Source of the DNA: a virus
Lineage: Duplodnaviria; Heunggongvirae; Uroviricota; Caudoviricetes
Reading direction: 5' to 3' (one strand)
Virus record (IMG/VR): IMGVR_UViG_3300010998_001290
Length of the DNA stretch: 64,000 nucleotides
How positions within the stretch are numbered: position 1 is the first letter of the stretch; each line of letters starts with the position of its first letter. The notes below the pieces were generated by a model. The model had not been told where the DNA came from. It was given only the letters and a program-made list of their open reading frames with translations, and made no database searches. A program made the position numbers and the translations under genes. Of this stretch, positions 35,821 through 45,748 are shown one piece after another.

Positions 35821-37350
35821 ATGTGCAGAAAAGCGGTTGAAAAAACGATCTGGGAAAAAGCATTGGACAAGATTGATGTTGCGTTTACACCTGACGGACT
35901 TAAGTACCTTACAGACTATCGTGCTAAAAAAGGTGAGATAAAGATTACGTCGGATGCAACTACGGCAAACATTAAAATCTGTGCCTTTATAATGGGTACT
36001 ATTCTTGAGGCTGCCCAGAGCGGATATCTTGTATCCCTTGTCTTATCTTCAACAGAATATGCGCCAAGAGAATTCGTAAATATATGCGATTTCTGTGAGC
36101 AGATCTTGGATGAGCTTGACAAGAACACCTACGGCAATAACCTTGGAGAAGCCGGAATAGGAATTTCGGCTAACGAGAATTACCCTCCGGTCGTTATTGT
36201 CAATAAACGAGCTGGGGAATCACACCCTGTCCTTCTTGCAGACAATCTTAATGAGTTGTTTGTGGAGGAAGATGGCAAACTCACTCTTAGAAAGAAAAAC
36301 TCGACAGCTCTTTGGAGAGCTTCTCTTGGTTCGTTAAACCCTGCTTACACTTTCGAATATCTTGGCGAACTGGCAACGAAAACCGGTTCAAAGGGAAAAA
36401 GAGGGCAGTTTCCTTTCGAATACAGCAGATACCTTTGCAAGCTGGTTGCACTTACTCTTGACCTCTGCACGAGAAAGGATGAAGACGACGTATCTGTTGA
36501 ATTCTTTGTTAAAGGCGATTTCAAATCTCATTTCATGGCTTTGTCGGAGTTTCGTAAGGAAGAGAAGTTCAAAGGTCTGGGTATGGGCTCTCGCAACAAG
36601 GATATAAAGTTTTACAGAACTTTTGACTTTTTTGACAGAGAGTGCGAGCGCTTTAAGATAACAGCAAAAATCAACGAGAAGGTCTTTACGCTGTTCTTTA
36701 AGAAAGCGAAAGATAATAATATCTATATCAATCGTTCTAACATACTTAGGCTCGTAAAGGATTGCACATCGCCTGAGGATTTCGAATACTACACCGACAG
36801 CAAGACTGACACTCACAAGGTCGCTGCGGATAAGGTTTCCGAACCTTCTGTTACGATCAAGGCAAAAACCGAAGATACAGAGGAAATTGAGGTGCTGAAT
36901 GTTTCGGTTACGGAAACAGGCAACGCTGAAATCGAGTTCAAGGCAACTCCCAAGAAGAAAAAAGGTAAAACAGCTCAGAAAGATACGGATAATGTGACGG
37001 TTTCAAAAGAAAAGAACAGGGAAAAGGCTCTTCTTGAGGGACTTATCAATGCTACATCCGATATGCTTCTTCCTGCCGACTATTATCGGTTACTTAAGGG
37101 TATTGGTTTTGCCGAAGATGAGATGCTTGAGTACGGCATAACGGTTCCAAAAATCATCAACTTGATGAAAGATGCTTTTACCGGATACCCCGAAAAGCTT
37201 ATGAACGCGATGTTTTTCACGAAGGACGGGGAGCTTTCTCCGTTTACTCTGAATGTCGTAACTAAGGTGACGAATAACAACAACTATACCGCCGAGTATA
37301 TAAGAGAACTCGTTGCGGATGCGATCACAGGAGGACTCAATGCAGGTTAA
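35821..37350 (+). CDS. hypothetical protein, 509 aa
   Basis: Coupled to the previous gene. Continuous ORF. Confidence 0.6.
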   Translation: MCRKAVEKTIWEKALDKIDVAFTPDGLKYLTDYRAKKGEIKITSDATTANIKICAFIMGTILEAAQSGYLVSLVLSSTEYAPREFVNICDFCEQILDELDKNTYGNNLGEAGIGISANENYPPVVIVNKRAGESHPVLLADNLNELFVEEDGKLTLRKKNSTALWRASLGSLNPAYTFEYLGELATKTGSKGKRGQFPFEYSRYLCKLVALTLDLCTRKDEDDVSVEFFVKGDFKSHFMALSEFRKEEKFKGLGMGSRNKDIKFYRTFDFFDRECERFKITAKINEKVFTLFFKKAKDNNIYINRSNILRLVKDCTSPEDFEYYTDSKTDTHKVAADKVSEPSVTIKAKTEDTEEIEVLNVSVTETGNAEIEFKATPKKKKGKTAQKDTDNVTVSKEKNREKALLEGLINATSDMLLPADYYRLLKGIGFAEDEMLEYGITVPKIINLMKDAFTGYPEKLMNAMFFTKDGELSPFTLNVVTKVTNNNNYTAEYIRELVADAITGGLNAG

Positions 37351-37561
37351 GTATTACGAAGTGATATTCGATGCCGACGGGACTTCTATCTGCATCAAGG
37401 GAAAGAAGCCGCCTACTACAGAAGAGGCAGCTGCTTTTCTCGCAAAAGATATGAAGGAACTCGGCTTCAATAAGGTCGAACAGGTTCGCGAAATCTCCGT
37501 TGAAGAAGCTGAAAGCAGCTTTGACATGGAGAACGAAGCACGCTGGCCAGTCTTCGGCTGA
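37340..37561 (+). CDS. hypothetical small protein
   Basis: GGAGG RBS 6 nt before ATG 37340. Confidence 0.5.
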   Translation: MQVKYYEVIFDADGTSICIKGKKPPTTEEAAAFLAKDMKELGFNKVEQVREISVEEAESSFDMENEARWPVFG

Positions 37562-37578
37562 TGAGAGGTAAATGAAAT

Positions 37579-37794
37579 ATGAAGGACTACAAATATGATA
37601 AGGAATTTATCGAAAGTATGTTTCCGGTGGGAACGCGTATCGTAGTCGATCACATGGACGACCCTCGCCCTGTTGAGAGCGGAACCGGCGGGACAGTAGA
37701 ATGTGTCGATGATATCGGACAGATACACTGCGCATTTGATAACGGGCGCTGTATAGCTCTTATCTATGGACTGGATAAATTCCACAAAGAATAA
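37579..37794 (+). CDS. hypothetical small protein
   Basis: GAGAGGTAAATG RBS region. Confidence 0.5.
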   Translation: MKDYKYDKEFIESMFPVGTRIVVDHMDDPRPVESGTGGTVECVDDIGQIHCAFDNGRCIALIYGLDKFHKE

Positions 37795-37818
37795 CGATAA
37801 GTACAAAGCACAAGCAAA

Positions 37819-37846
37819 GGGCACTTCAGTGCCCTTTTTGTTTTAC
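37819..37846 (+). terminator. intrinsic terminator
   Basis: GGGCAC-ttca-GTGCCC plus TTTTTGTTTT. Confidence 0.75.
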
Positions 37847-37900
37847 TAATAACACTTAAGAATGCAAATTGTTCAACTTTTGTTTTGTCCTTAGCTCTGT

Positions 37901-37937
37901 CATACTAACTTATAGCAAATTATTAAGATGAATGGAG
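37901..37937 (+). promoter_or_regulatory. TGtCATACTA plus GATGAATGGAG cassette
   Basis: After the terminator at 37819-37846. Confidence 0.6.
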
Positions 37938-37999
37938 TATTACGAATATTGTTATCTTATGATTTGACTGATTTTCAAATATGAAAGGAAGATTTAAGA

Positions 38000-38242
38000 A
38001 TGATACTGGATGCAACATTTACAAGCGTATGGAACGGCGGATCCACGACAATCACCACTGGTTGTAAAGTCAATACAGAAACTCGTGAGGTTTTTGACAT
38101 TGAAGTATCTGATGATGCTGACTATGTTGATGTCCTTGACGAAGAGTATGTAACTATCAGCGGCGTTATGGTTCCGGCTGTCCAGAAGGATAATTTCGAT
38201 GAAGATGATGAGGACTGCGAGTACACCTACTGGTACGAATAA
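38000..38242 (+). CDS. hypothetical small acidic protein
   Basis: AAAGGAAG RBS. First gene after a promoter cassette. Confidence 0.55.
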   Translation: MILDATFTSVWNGGSTTITTGCKVNTETREVFDIEVSDDADYVDVLDEEYVTISGVMVPAVQKDNFDEDDEDCEYTYWYE

Positions 38243-38255
38243 GAAGGAGGAAGTC

Positions 38256-38660
38256 ATGGAGAACACCATAAAGAAGATAAAGGAACTCACAGCTAAGGTC
38301 GAAAACAGCGGCAATATCAATGACGCTGAAGAGCTGATGGCTGAAGTCTATCTGCTTATGCTGAAGATTGATCCGAAATTCATTCCCAAAACGGCGTATA
38401 TCCACTATCTTGCTAAGGAGAGGCAGTATTTCGATGATGAGTTTGAAACGGTTATGGAGACAAACCAGACCGAAGACTGCGTGAAATACTATAAAGGGCT
38501 TCCGGCGGATGATAAGGAGAAGTTTAAGGACACCATTCTTGAAAATATCAAGAGAGCTCGTCCTTATACAGTTGCCGACGATACGGAGATATTCACAGCT
38601 GTATCAGATGCTTATGATGAGTTCATGGAGCGTGAAGAAGCTAAGGCATTATTAGACTAA
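38256..38660 (+). CDS. hypothetical protein
   Basis: AAGGAGGAAG RBS before ATG 38256. Confidence 0.55.
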   Translation: MENTIKKIKELTAKVENSGNINDAEELMAEVYLLMLKIDPKFIPKTAYIHYLAKERQYFDDEFETVMETNQTEDCVKYYKGLPADDKEKFKDTILENIKRARPYTVADDTEIFTAVSDAYDEFMEREEAKALLD

Positions 38661-38673
38661 TAAGGAGGATTTT

Positions 38674-39141
38674 ATGTATCAGTATTGGGAAATATCAAGA
38701 ACTAACACCTTTTCCGGAGACAAGGAAAAGCTTCGTAAGATAATCAGCGCAGTTTCCTGCGAGGGAGATGCTGACATCTTCGATGATGAGAGGGACAGCA
38801 ATAAGTTCGGCTTCTACATTGATGGATGCTTTTCCGGCGTCCTTTTCGACAAAGAAGGCAACCTTATTGATGCCAGCGATACCGGCAACGAAGATTACGA
38901 TTATGCCGAAAATATGGACGGTGCTGAGCGCTTTAAGGGTTTCCTGAAGCTGCTCCAAACCGTTGTAGCTGAAGATGATGCCATTATAATGATGGGTATC
39001 GGCTATGAGGATACATCTTTCGTATCCGGCGGCGTAAACGTAATTACCCGTGACAGCATAGAGCGTCTGACGCTTGATGAATGGGGTACTGAGGTTGCTC
39101 GAATCAAGCTTAAGAACCCGGACTGGAAATTTACTTCGTGA
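38674..39141 (+). CDS. hypothetical protein
   Basis: AAGGAGG RBS. Confidence 0.55.
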   Translation: MYQYWEISRTNTFSGDKEKLRKIISAVSCEGDADIFDDERDSNKFGFYIDGCFSGVLFDKEGNLIDASDTGNEDYDYAENMDGAERFKGFLKLLQTVVAEDDAIIMMGIGYEDTSFVSGGVNVITRDSIERLTLDEWGTEVARIKLKNPDWKFTS

Positions 39142-39156
39142 AAGGAAAAAAAGAAA

Positions 39157-39471
39157 ATGACAAGAAGAGAGTGCCTTGAAAAGGCTATAGCTGCCGTTGG
39201 CGGTACTGACGGCGAGCACAACTACGGGAACGGTAAGCCTGAGAATAACTTCCAGACTATAGCCGGCTTATGGTCAACATATGTAAATGCGGCTTACAGT
39301 AAGGATGTTGAGTTCACGGCGAAGGATGTATCTATGATGATGATACTTCTTAAGGTCGCTCGTGCGGCTTCCAATAACAAAGAAGACACACTTGTAGACC
39401 TTGCTGGATACGCCGCTTGTGCCTGCGAAATGCTTTCGATAGCAGATAAGCCTACTAAGAATAAGGAGTAA
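39157..39471 (+). CDS. hypothetical protein
   Basis: AAAGGAAAAAAAG RBS. Confidence 0.55.
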   Translation: MTRRECLEKAIAAVGGTDGEHNYGNGKPENNFQTIAGLWSTYVNAAYSKDVEFTAKDVSMMMILLKVARAASNNKEDTLVDLAGYAACACEMLSIADKPTKNKE

Positions 39472-39474
39472 TAC

Positions 39475-39876
39475 ATGAATAAGAAAAGTTTCAGAGAAGC
39501 CCTTGCTTTATGCAGGGGTCTTCTCGATCACATTGAGAAGGAACCTGACATTGCTTACGTTGATAAGCTGGTCGAAAATTCTGTCAAGCTCGGCGAATCT
39601 ATTCGGAACAACTATCTGCCTACAGATGTGTATCTGAAGCTGAGAGACAGAGCTGATGGGGTTTACGCAGAGGAAAGGTTCGATGCTATCATGGAAACGA
39701 TGCATAGCGACATTCAGATGGCGTTTAATGCTCTTCCGGACGGCAAAAAGAAGGAGTTTAAGGACGAATGCTTAAGTGAAGCCGAGTATATGGTGGAACG
39801 CGAGTGTAAAGAACTTGATTCCGCTCTTTCTGAGGCTATCCTCAAAGAATATAACTTCTTGGATACAGATGAATAA
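39475..39876 (+). CDS. hypothetical protein
   Basis: AAGGAG RBS. Confidence 0.55.
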   Translation: MNKKSFREALALCRGLLDHIEKEPDIAYVDKLVENSVKLGESIRNNYLPTDVYLKLRDRADGVYAEERFDAIMETMHSDIQMAFNALPDGKKKEFKDECLSEAEYMVERECKELDSALSEAILKEYNFLDTDE

Positions 39877-39890
39877 GAAAGGAAAATGAT

Positions 39891-40271
39891 ATGAAGATAA
39901 GAGAGCTTTGCTATGAGCTTTACAAGATCGACTGGATGCGTCGTATTAGCGCAGACCGAATAGCTGACAGTCTGAAGACCTATTATCAGGAGTGCAACGA
40001 CTGCACTGATTACAGTTACGAAGATTTTATTTTCGAGAACGGGTATGACGGCGAGATCTATGTTTGTTACGATGAGTTCCTTGGCGCAGAATACACTGAT
40101 GAGGAGTATATGAAAGAACTTCTCGATAACGATATGCTCTTCGCTGAGTATGTGCAGGATTTCCACGATATGTATCTCGAAGATTTCGAGGAAGATTCGG
40201 ATGATGACGAAGGCGCTTACGACATCTATGACGATGATGCCGACGCAATGTACAATGACGACGATGAATAA
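39891..40271 (+). CDS. hypothetical protein with a poly-acidic C-terminal tail
   Basis: AAAGGAAAATG RBS. The C-terminus is 'DFEEDSDDDEGAYDIYDDDADAMYNDDDE'. Confidence 0.55.
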   Translation: MKIRELCYELYKIDWMRRISADRIADSLKTYYQECNDCTDYSYEDFIFENGYDGEIYVCYDEFLGAEYTDEEYMKELLDNDMLFAEYVQDFHDMYLEDFEEDSDDDEGAYDIYDDDADAMYNDDDE

Positions 40272-40281
40272 GGAGGATAAT

Positions 40282-40716
40282 ATGGGAACAAATACGTCTT
40301 ACGACAAGGCTTACGCATATCTTAAGCGTGCCGCTGAGAAGGACTTAACTCATCCCCCCTATGAAATAGTGGAGGATACTTACAAGTTCGAGAACGGACT
40401 GCTCCTTATCGTGTATAAGGATAGCGAACACAAGGAAGAGGATTGGCACATGTGTGTCAATATCGATGACTTCACAGATGATGCAGAAGCTAAGCGCTAT
40501 GATAAGGCTTTTGAGTATCTTAAGGGAATCGCCAAGGAAGAAGGCGAAGAGAACTATCAGATACTTGAAGACTTTACAAGCACTGATGGCAAGGATTATT
40601 CAGGTACAGACGGCGAGAGACGGCTTGTTCTTACCGTTTACACCGATGAAAGCTGCCAGTACGAGAAGTTCGTGACTTGGGCATCGCTTGATGACTATGT
40701 GGAGGATGTAGCATGA
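40282..40716 (+). CDS. hypothetical protein with an internal duplication
   Basis: AAGGAGG RBS. Repeated 'YDKAYAYLKRAAE' and 'YDKAFEYLKGIAK' blocks. Confidence 0.55.
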   Translation: MGTNTSYDKAYAYLKRAAEKDLTHPPYEIVEDTYKFENGLLLIVYKDSEHKEEDWHMCVNIDDFTDDAEAKRYDKAFEYLKGIAKEEGEENYQILEDFTSTDGKDYSGTDGERRLVLTVYTDESCQYEKFVTWASLDDYVEDVA

Positions 40717-41207
40717 AGAATATAACTAAGGAAGATAAGGTTTGCGGCTGCATAATAAAGAGCTGGGATGAGTTTGAAAAGCTCGTCAAGCAGCTTTGCG
40801 GCAAAGGGATGGACATCGAAAACGAATTTTCGTGTTTATTTTTCGAACCTGACGACGAAGACATTGAAGATCCGAGAGAGTACGTTTATGATAAGCTTTC
40901 GGAATACTATGGTGTCACGGTAACAAACATTCACGCTGTTGTCTGGAACGAGTATAATACGGATATTTGGATATCTTATTCCACTCCTTATGAGCTTGTC
41001 GCTTCAGACGGTTATTCCATAGAGCGCACGGTGTATGCCACAAAAGCACTCGCAAACGAAATGATGTGCAGGGCATATAAAGAGTATGACAACAACGAAC
41101 CCGGCGATGAATGGGACGAAGAGTCTTATCTTGTTGATGGTTCTGCGCTTCTTTATGCAGGCGGCGAAAATGTGTATGCTTGGGAAGTTTTCCCTTGTAT
41201 TGAGTAA
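40713..41207 (+). CDS. hypothetical protein
   Basis: ATGA overlap coupling. Confidence 0.55.
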   Translation: MKNITKEDKVCGCIIKSWDEFEKLVKQLCGKGMDIENEFSCLFFEPDDEDIEDPREYVYDKLSEYYGVTVTNIHAVVWNEYNTDIWISYSTPYELVASDGYSIERTVYATKALANEMMCRAYKEYDNNEPGDEWDEESYLVDGSALLYAGGENVYAWEVFPCIE

Positions 41208-41286
41208 GGAACGAAAAACTTGTACACATCCGAGCTCAAAGCGGGTGTGTACAAAATTCTTAAGTGAATGAGAAAGGAACAGAACA

Positions 41287-41721
41287 ATGGTTGCTAAGGA
41301 TATTATCAATGATGTAAAGACAAACGCTGCAAAGATATGCGGCAGAGAGCTTACTGAAGATGAGCTTAACGAGAACGTACAGGCTATGCTTGATTACTAT
41401 GAGATGTGCCTTGAGGACAGCGAAGGTGACGAAGTAGCGGCAAAGGACTTCTTTGACGAGACTTTTTACGAACACCTTAAGGAAATCCTTGTAGATGAAC
41501 AGGAAACTGTTCGTGTGAGCTTCAATGTATGGTGTCAGGCGGTTTACACTACCGGCTTGGACGTACCAAAGTCACTTGCACGCAAAGATCGTGAAGATGA
41601 GCTTATAGCGTACATCAAGGCTCACCTTGACAAAGCACCTCTGGGTACTCTGGATTATGTTCAGGATTCCGATGACCTTGACACGGAGTCCATTGAACTT
41701 CCGGAAGAAGACGGGGAATAA
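41287..41721 (+). CDS. hypothetical acidic protein
   Basis: AAAGGAACAG RBS. A TGTACA palindrome lies upstream. Confidence 0.55.
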   Translation: MVAKDIINDVKTNAAKICGRELTEDELNENVQAMLDYYEMCLEDSEGDEVAAKDFFDETFYEHLKEILVDEQETVRVSFNVWCQAVYTTGLDVPKSLARKDREDELIAYIKAHLDKAPLGTLDYVQDSDDLDTESIELPEEDGE

Positions 41722-41764
41722 CTCAGACTGATATATGTATATGTGTGTATGAAAGGAATATAAA

Positions 41765-42358
41765 ATGAAAGCTACGAAAAAGGCGATGAATCCGAGAACT
41801 ATTGTCTACGGAATACTGTATGGCATAGGAGCTATAATTCTTCTGATTATCTTTGTGAACTATGTGGTAGCGCCGTTCTTTCTGGATACAGTTCAGATGA
41901 CTGTCACCGAAAAGAACATCAAGCGTACCCCTTACAGCAACAAGGATAGATATCTTATCTACGGCAAGACTGCTAATGATGAGATTGTGGTGTTTGAGAA
42001 CACCGACCAGCTCCTCTGGGGTAAATTTGACTCCACGTATGTGTATGGCGGTATAGAGGTCGGCAAAAAATACGAATTCACAGTCGGTGGGTTCAGGATA
42101 CCTTTCCTGTCTTGGCATCAGAATATCAAGGAGTATAAGCTCGTTGAAGAAGATACAAAGACAGATACGGTCGATGAGAGTGATGATAAAACATCTTCAT
42201 CTATTGAAAAGGAAACAACGATACGCTTAACCTGCAAGGACTGCGGAGAAAGTTTCGAACTTACACAGTCTGAAATAGACTGGTACAAGGAGAAGGGATT
42301 TACACTTCCGAAAAGGTGTGAGTCTTGCAGAGCGAAGAACAAAGCAGAAAATGCTTAA
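41765..42358 (+). CDS. membrane-anchored protein with a C-terminal zinc ribbon
   Basis: N-terminal TM 'IVYGILYGIGAIILLIIFVNYVVAPFF'. C-terminal 'CKDCGESF...CESCRAKNK'. Confidence 0.55.
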   Translation: MKATKKAMNPRTIVYGILYGIGAIILLIIFVNYVVAPFFLDTVQMTVTEKNIKRTPYSNKDRYLIYGKTANDEIVVFENTDQLLWGKFDSTYVYGGIEVGKKYEFTVGGFRIPFLSWHQNIKEYKLVEEDTKTDTVDESDDKTSSSIEKETTIRLTCKDCGESFELTQSEIDWYKEKGFTLPKRCESCRAKNKAENA

Positions 42359-42372
42359 GAAAGAGGTATCTT

Positions 42373-42615
42373 ATGGATTATAAAGGTTATGAAATCAATC
42401 TTGTATGCGCTAACAACGTGTCGCACGACGACGGCTCGTCTCCGGTCTACGGAGATATCTACGACAACTACTACGAATGCGTAGAGGAACATCCCGACGA
42501 TGAGGTAATCTATGGTTTCTTCGTTGATGATGATGAAGCTCCGGATTGGTTCTATGATGTTGAGGATGCTATCGACTGGATAGATGAACAGATATCAAAG
42601 GAGGAGAACGCATGA
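42373..42615 (+). CDS. hypothetical small acidic protein
   Basis: AAGAGG RBS before ATG 42373. Confidence 0.5.
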   Translation: MDYKGYEINLVCANNVSHDDGSSPVYGDIYDNYYECVEEHPDDEVIYGFFVDDDEAPDWFYDVEDAIDWIDEQISKEENA

Positions 42616-42938
42616 TACGTAATGTTGTTGCTGTAGAAAGGGACGGTTTTGATGTAAGAACACTTACTGTTTCGTTCGAAGTGCCGGATGAGAGTTTTGA
42701 TATTCTTGCTGCTATAGAAAGAGCAGTAGAGGACTATGTTAAAACTGAAGAAGGCAAGAAAACATACGAATACACCGGCGGGTACTTCAATCTGGCTGAT
42801 TTCGATATGAATGTACCGAATGAAATATGCGAAAACCACGGCTTTAAGAAAGTTGATTCGCTGATGCAGGATATCGAGATCGATTGGGATCATGATTTTT
42901 CATGTGGAATTGAAGAAGATGAGGAGGATGAAGAATGA
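42612..42938 (+). CDS. hypothetical acidic protein
   Basis: ATGA overlap coupling. Confidence 0.5.
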   Translation: MIRNVVAVERDGFDVRTLTVSFEVPDESFDILAAIERAVEDYVKTEEGKKTYEYTGGYFNLADFDMNVPNEICENHGFKKVDSLMQDIEIDWDHDFSCGIEEDEEDEE

Positions 42939-43186
42939 AGAAGATGTATGTAGTTGTGTCTGCTGATAATGTATCAATGGACGTTGATACCACTGATATC
43001 TATACGACCCTTAAGGCTGCAAGAAAAGCTCTTAATGCTAAGTATAAGTATATAGTTTCCAGCTTCAGCAGAAGAGAGATTGAGGAAAAGAACAAAACTT
43101 CAAACGGATTTTCGGTTTTGGTAGTAGGCGATGACCTGTTTTATGCCAATATCAAGGAAGTCAAGTTTGCGGAGGCTGCGGAATGA
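42935..43186 (+). CDS. hypothetical small protein
   Basis: ATGA overlap coupling. Confidence 0.5.
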   Translation: MKKMYVVVSADNVSMDVDTTDIYTTLKAARKALNAKYKYIVSSFSRREIEEKNKTSNGFSVLVVGDDLFYANIKEVKFAEAAE

Positions 43187-43383
43187 AATTCAATGTTGAA
43201 AACTGGACTTTCAGCTTTACCGTTGACGGCAAAAAGTATTTGCTGACCGTTGACGATGAGAGCTGCGAGCTCGGATGCACATTTTCCGTCGTAATAAGAG
43301 ATTCTGCCGGCATCGAAGACCTCAAAGAGAGGTTAGCTAAGCGTAATCTTAAATATTGCCTCTATGAGGTAAACAAAATCTAA
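43183..43383 (+). CDS. hypothetical small protein
   Basis: ATGA overlap coupling. Confidence 0.5.
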   Translation: MKFNVENWTFSFTVDGKKYLLTVDDESCELGCTFSVVIRDSAGIEDLKERLAKRNLKYCLYEVNKI

Positions 43384-43402
43384 ATCACAGGAGGAACAAA
43401 TC

Positions 43403-43660
43403 ATGGAAACTATGGAAGAGAAGGTTATATATGCGGAGAACGAGACATTAGAGTTATGTACTTTCCCGCACGAAGCTGAGGACTATTGTAAAGTGTATGC
43501 TGTTCCGCGTGTATGGTTCTCTTCCAAGATAGAGAGCACCACGCCGAAGGGCAGGAAGCTTTATCCGAGTTTCGACAAACAGAATTGGTCTGATACATAC
43601 TTCCTTTACAGAGATGCCAAAAATGAGGGCGTAATTCTTAAGGAGTATGAAGTTAGATAA
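43403..43660 (+). CDS. hypothetical small protein
   Basis: CAGGAGG RBS. Confidence 0.5.
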   Translation: METMEEKVIYAENETLELCTFPHEAEDYCKVYAVPRVWFSSKIESTTPKGRKLYPSFDKQNWSDTYFLYRDAKNEGVILKEYEVR

Positions 43661-43715
43661 CAATATAACAACAAAGGGCGCTGCGGCGTCCTTTTTGTTT
43701 TTCTGTCTGTTCTCA

Positions 43716-43754
43716 CATACTATTATTAGCATTGTATTTTTATGACGATTGGAG
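43716..43754 (+). promoter_or_regulatory. CATACTA plus GACGATTGGAG cassette
   Basis: After the terminator at 43675-43703. Confidence 0.55.
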
Positions 43755-43806
43755 TTATATGAATAATTGCTAATATGATATTTTGATACAGGAGGATGTT
43801 TTTAAA

Positions 43807-44376
43807 ATGAATACACTTAGAGGAGAAAGCCTTATAGACAGAGTTTGCTACCTCACGAATATGGGAACACACTCAAAAACGATAAGAAAGATTTATCGCG
43901 ATATGAAAGTTAAGCCGGACAACTTCAGCGAGCGCGTTTGCTTCGGCGACAACAGCGGCACTGAGTATAGTTTAAACTCTATACTCGCTGATTACTATGG
44001 CGAAACATTCAAATATCCGGAATCGGTTGAATGTGCGGCATTTGAGAAGCTTAAGTCGTTCCTTTGCGGCATTCCCTGTGATGCTACAGCGGATATGGTA
44101 GAGGAGCTTGATGCGCTGAACGAGATGAACGTAATCAGAGACAGAGATGATGAAATCGTTCGCAGCGATGACGAAATCGCCCTTCTCCGGAACGCCAAGA
44201 TACTCTTCTCGCTGTATGAAATGCAGTACGGGCAGAGTTCTGATATGGACTTCTGGACGTTCTACGATGAAGTATATCCTGACTGTCTTGAGATGAAAGA
44301 GCTTATCGAGAACAGCGAAGCAGATGATGCCGATGAGATCATGAGCGAGTTTCTGCGCTGTGCGGAGATGCTCTGA
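43807..44376 (+). CDS. hypothetical acidic protein, paralogue of 35236..35817
   Basis: AGGAGG RBS. N-terminus aligns with the paralogue's 'MNRTKYVHLLIDSVCNL'. Confidence 0.6.
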   Translation: MNTLRGESLIDRVCYLTNMGTHSKTIRKIYRDMKVKPDNFSERVCFGDNSGTEYSLNSILADYYGETFKYPESVECAAFEKLKSFLCGIPCDATADMVEELDALNEMNVIRDRDDEIVRSDDEIALLRNAKILFSLYEMQYGQSSDMDFWTFYDEVYPDCLEMKELIENSEADDADEIMSEFLRCAEML

Positions 44377-44387
44377 AAGGAGTAGAA

Positions 44388-45365
44388 ATGAGTATTGATA
44401 CTGCGAAGATAAGAGAATATCTTGATACGAAGTATTGGGATAGCGAAAACGGCGAAGGTGAAAGCAAGACGTATTCTTATGAAACATCAGCTAATTATGA
44501 CGAGGAATTGTCAGACGGCGACATCAAGAAAATCTTAGGAGCCAAGTATGACTATATGGAGGTCTTCTATGAGATTCTTGATGAAGCATACCGCGATTAT
44601 GAGTGGGAACTTCTGAAGGATCTTGCATATGATATTTACAAGAAACTGGAGCTTGACACCGAAGGCTATCATGAGGTTAAGGAGTATCTTGAGGATCATG
44701 TCTTTTATAGTCCTGATTATGACCACTTCCTTAATCAGACGGTCTATGTCAATATAATGATGGATACCGGCGATGGCAACTATGATTACGTTCTCAACTC
44801 TGTATATCCGCATTATGACGGCGAACAGGGCGAAGAGATAGACCCCAAGGCATCTATAGTATGGCTTGCGGAGACGCAGGGCTATACTAAAGAGCAGCTT
44901 GAGAAAGCACTTGACGAAGGTGATATGAGTAAGCCTAAGGGATTTCTTGAGTCTATGAGAACCGAGGTCGCCAATATGTCAACACATATGAACACAGTGA
45001 CATTCCTTGTAAAGATGACACTTAAGGAACTCTTCGAGCTTAATAAGCTCATCAAGCTTCAGGAACCGGATGGAAAGCCAATATACGATGCGACCAAAAA
45101 GCCTGATTGTGGGTACATAGTGCTCGACAAATCTGCTGAATGCGGTCTGTTTGACCCGTGGAACGGCGGCGGTTCTGTCTTTGAGATAGAGCTTGAGAAG
45201 GATGTCAATGTTCCTATACGCTTCATACGCTCCGCAGTTCCTGATGGAATGGACGGGTACGGTGTTGACAGTGTGTATGGAATGTGTGAAAGTGCTTGGA
45301 GAGAGGTACTTAAGGAAGTACATGGACCCGAAAAAGCACCTGAAGAAACACTTTTGGCATCATAA
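44388..45365 (+). CDS. hypothetical acidic protein
   Basis: AAAGGAG RBS. Confidence 0.55.
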   Translation: MSIDTAKIREYLDTKYWDSENGEGESKTYSYETSANYDEELSDGDIKKILGAKYDYMEVFYEILDEAYRDYEWELLKDLAYDIYKKLELDTEGYHEVKEYLEDHVFYSPDYDHFLNQTVYVNIMMDTGDGNYDYVLNSVYPHYDGEQGEEIDPKASIVWLAETQGYTKEQLEKALDEGDMSKPKGFLESMRTEVANMSTHMNTVTFLVKMTLKELFELNKLIKLQEPDGKPIYDATKKPDCGYIVLDKSAECGLFDPWNGGGSVFEIELEKDVNVPIRFIRSAVPDGMDGYGVDSVYGMCESAWREVLKEVHGPEKAPEETLLAS

Positions 45366-45399
45366 AAAGAAGCTTATTATAATAGAAAGGACGAACGAT

Positions 45400-45669
45400 A
45401 TGACAAAAGAAATAATTAAGCCCACAAGAGCCGAAAAAGCAGAATGGAAAGAATACCTGTGGAATGCACTGTATGAGCTTTCCACAGAAAGACCTGAGTT
45501 CTATCCCAGAAAGCGCGACAGTCTTGCGACTATGCTCGCTTCTTTCTTAAGCTGGGCAGAAAACTACAATGAAGGTTACTTTCCTGAGCGCGATGACGCA
45601 GATACTGACAGATACTGCGCTTGGCTTGTACAGGAATATGAAGCCAGATACGGCGAATATGAGGCTTGA
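45400..45669 (+). CDS. hypothetical protein
   Basis: AAAGGA RBS before ATG 45400. The longer track ORF overlaps the previous gene out of frame. Confidence 0.5.
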   Translation: MTKEIIKPTRAEKAEWKEYLWNALYELSTERPEFYPRKRDSLATMLASFLSWAENYNEGYFPERDDADTDRYCAWLVQEYEARYGEYEA

Positions 45670-45748
45670 CATCTGAAAGGAAGCAATTATTGTACAATCG
45701 GGCGGCATTTTGTCGTCCGATTTCGTACACAAACATAGGAGGATTATT

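Noticed and set aside
45193-45399. Long track ORF 45193..45669 (158 aa) overlapping the end of 44388..45365
   Set aside because: It overlaps the preceding gene out of frame for about 170 nt. An internal ATG at 45400 has an AAAGGA RBS and starts right after the upstream stop.
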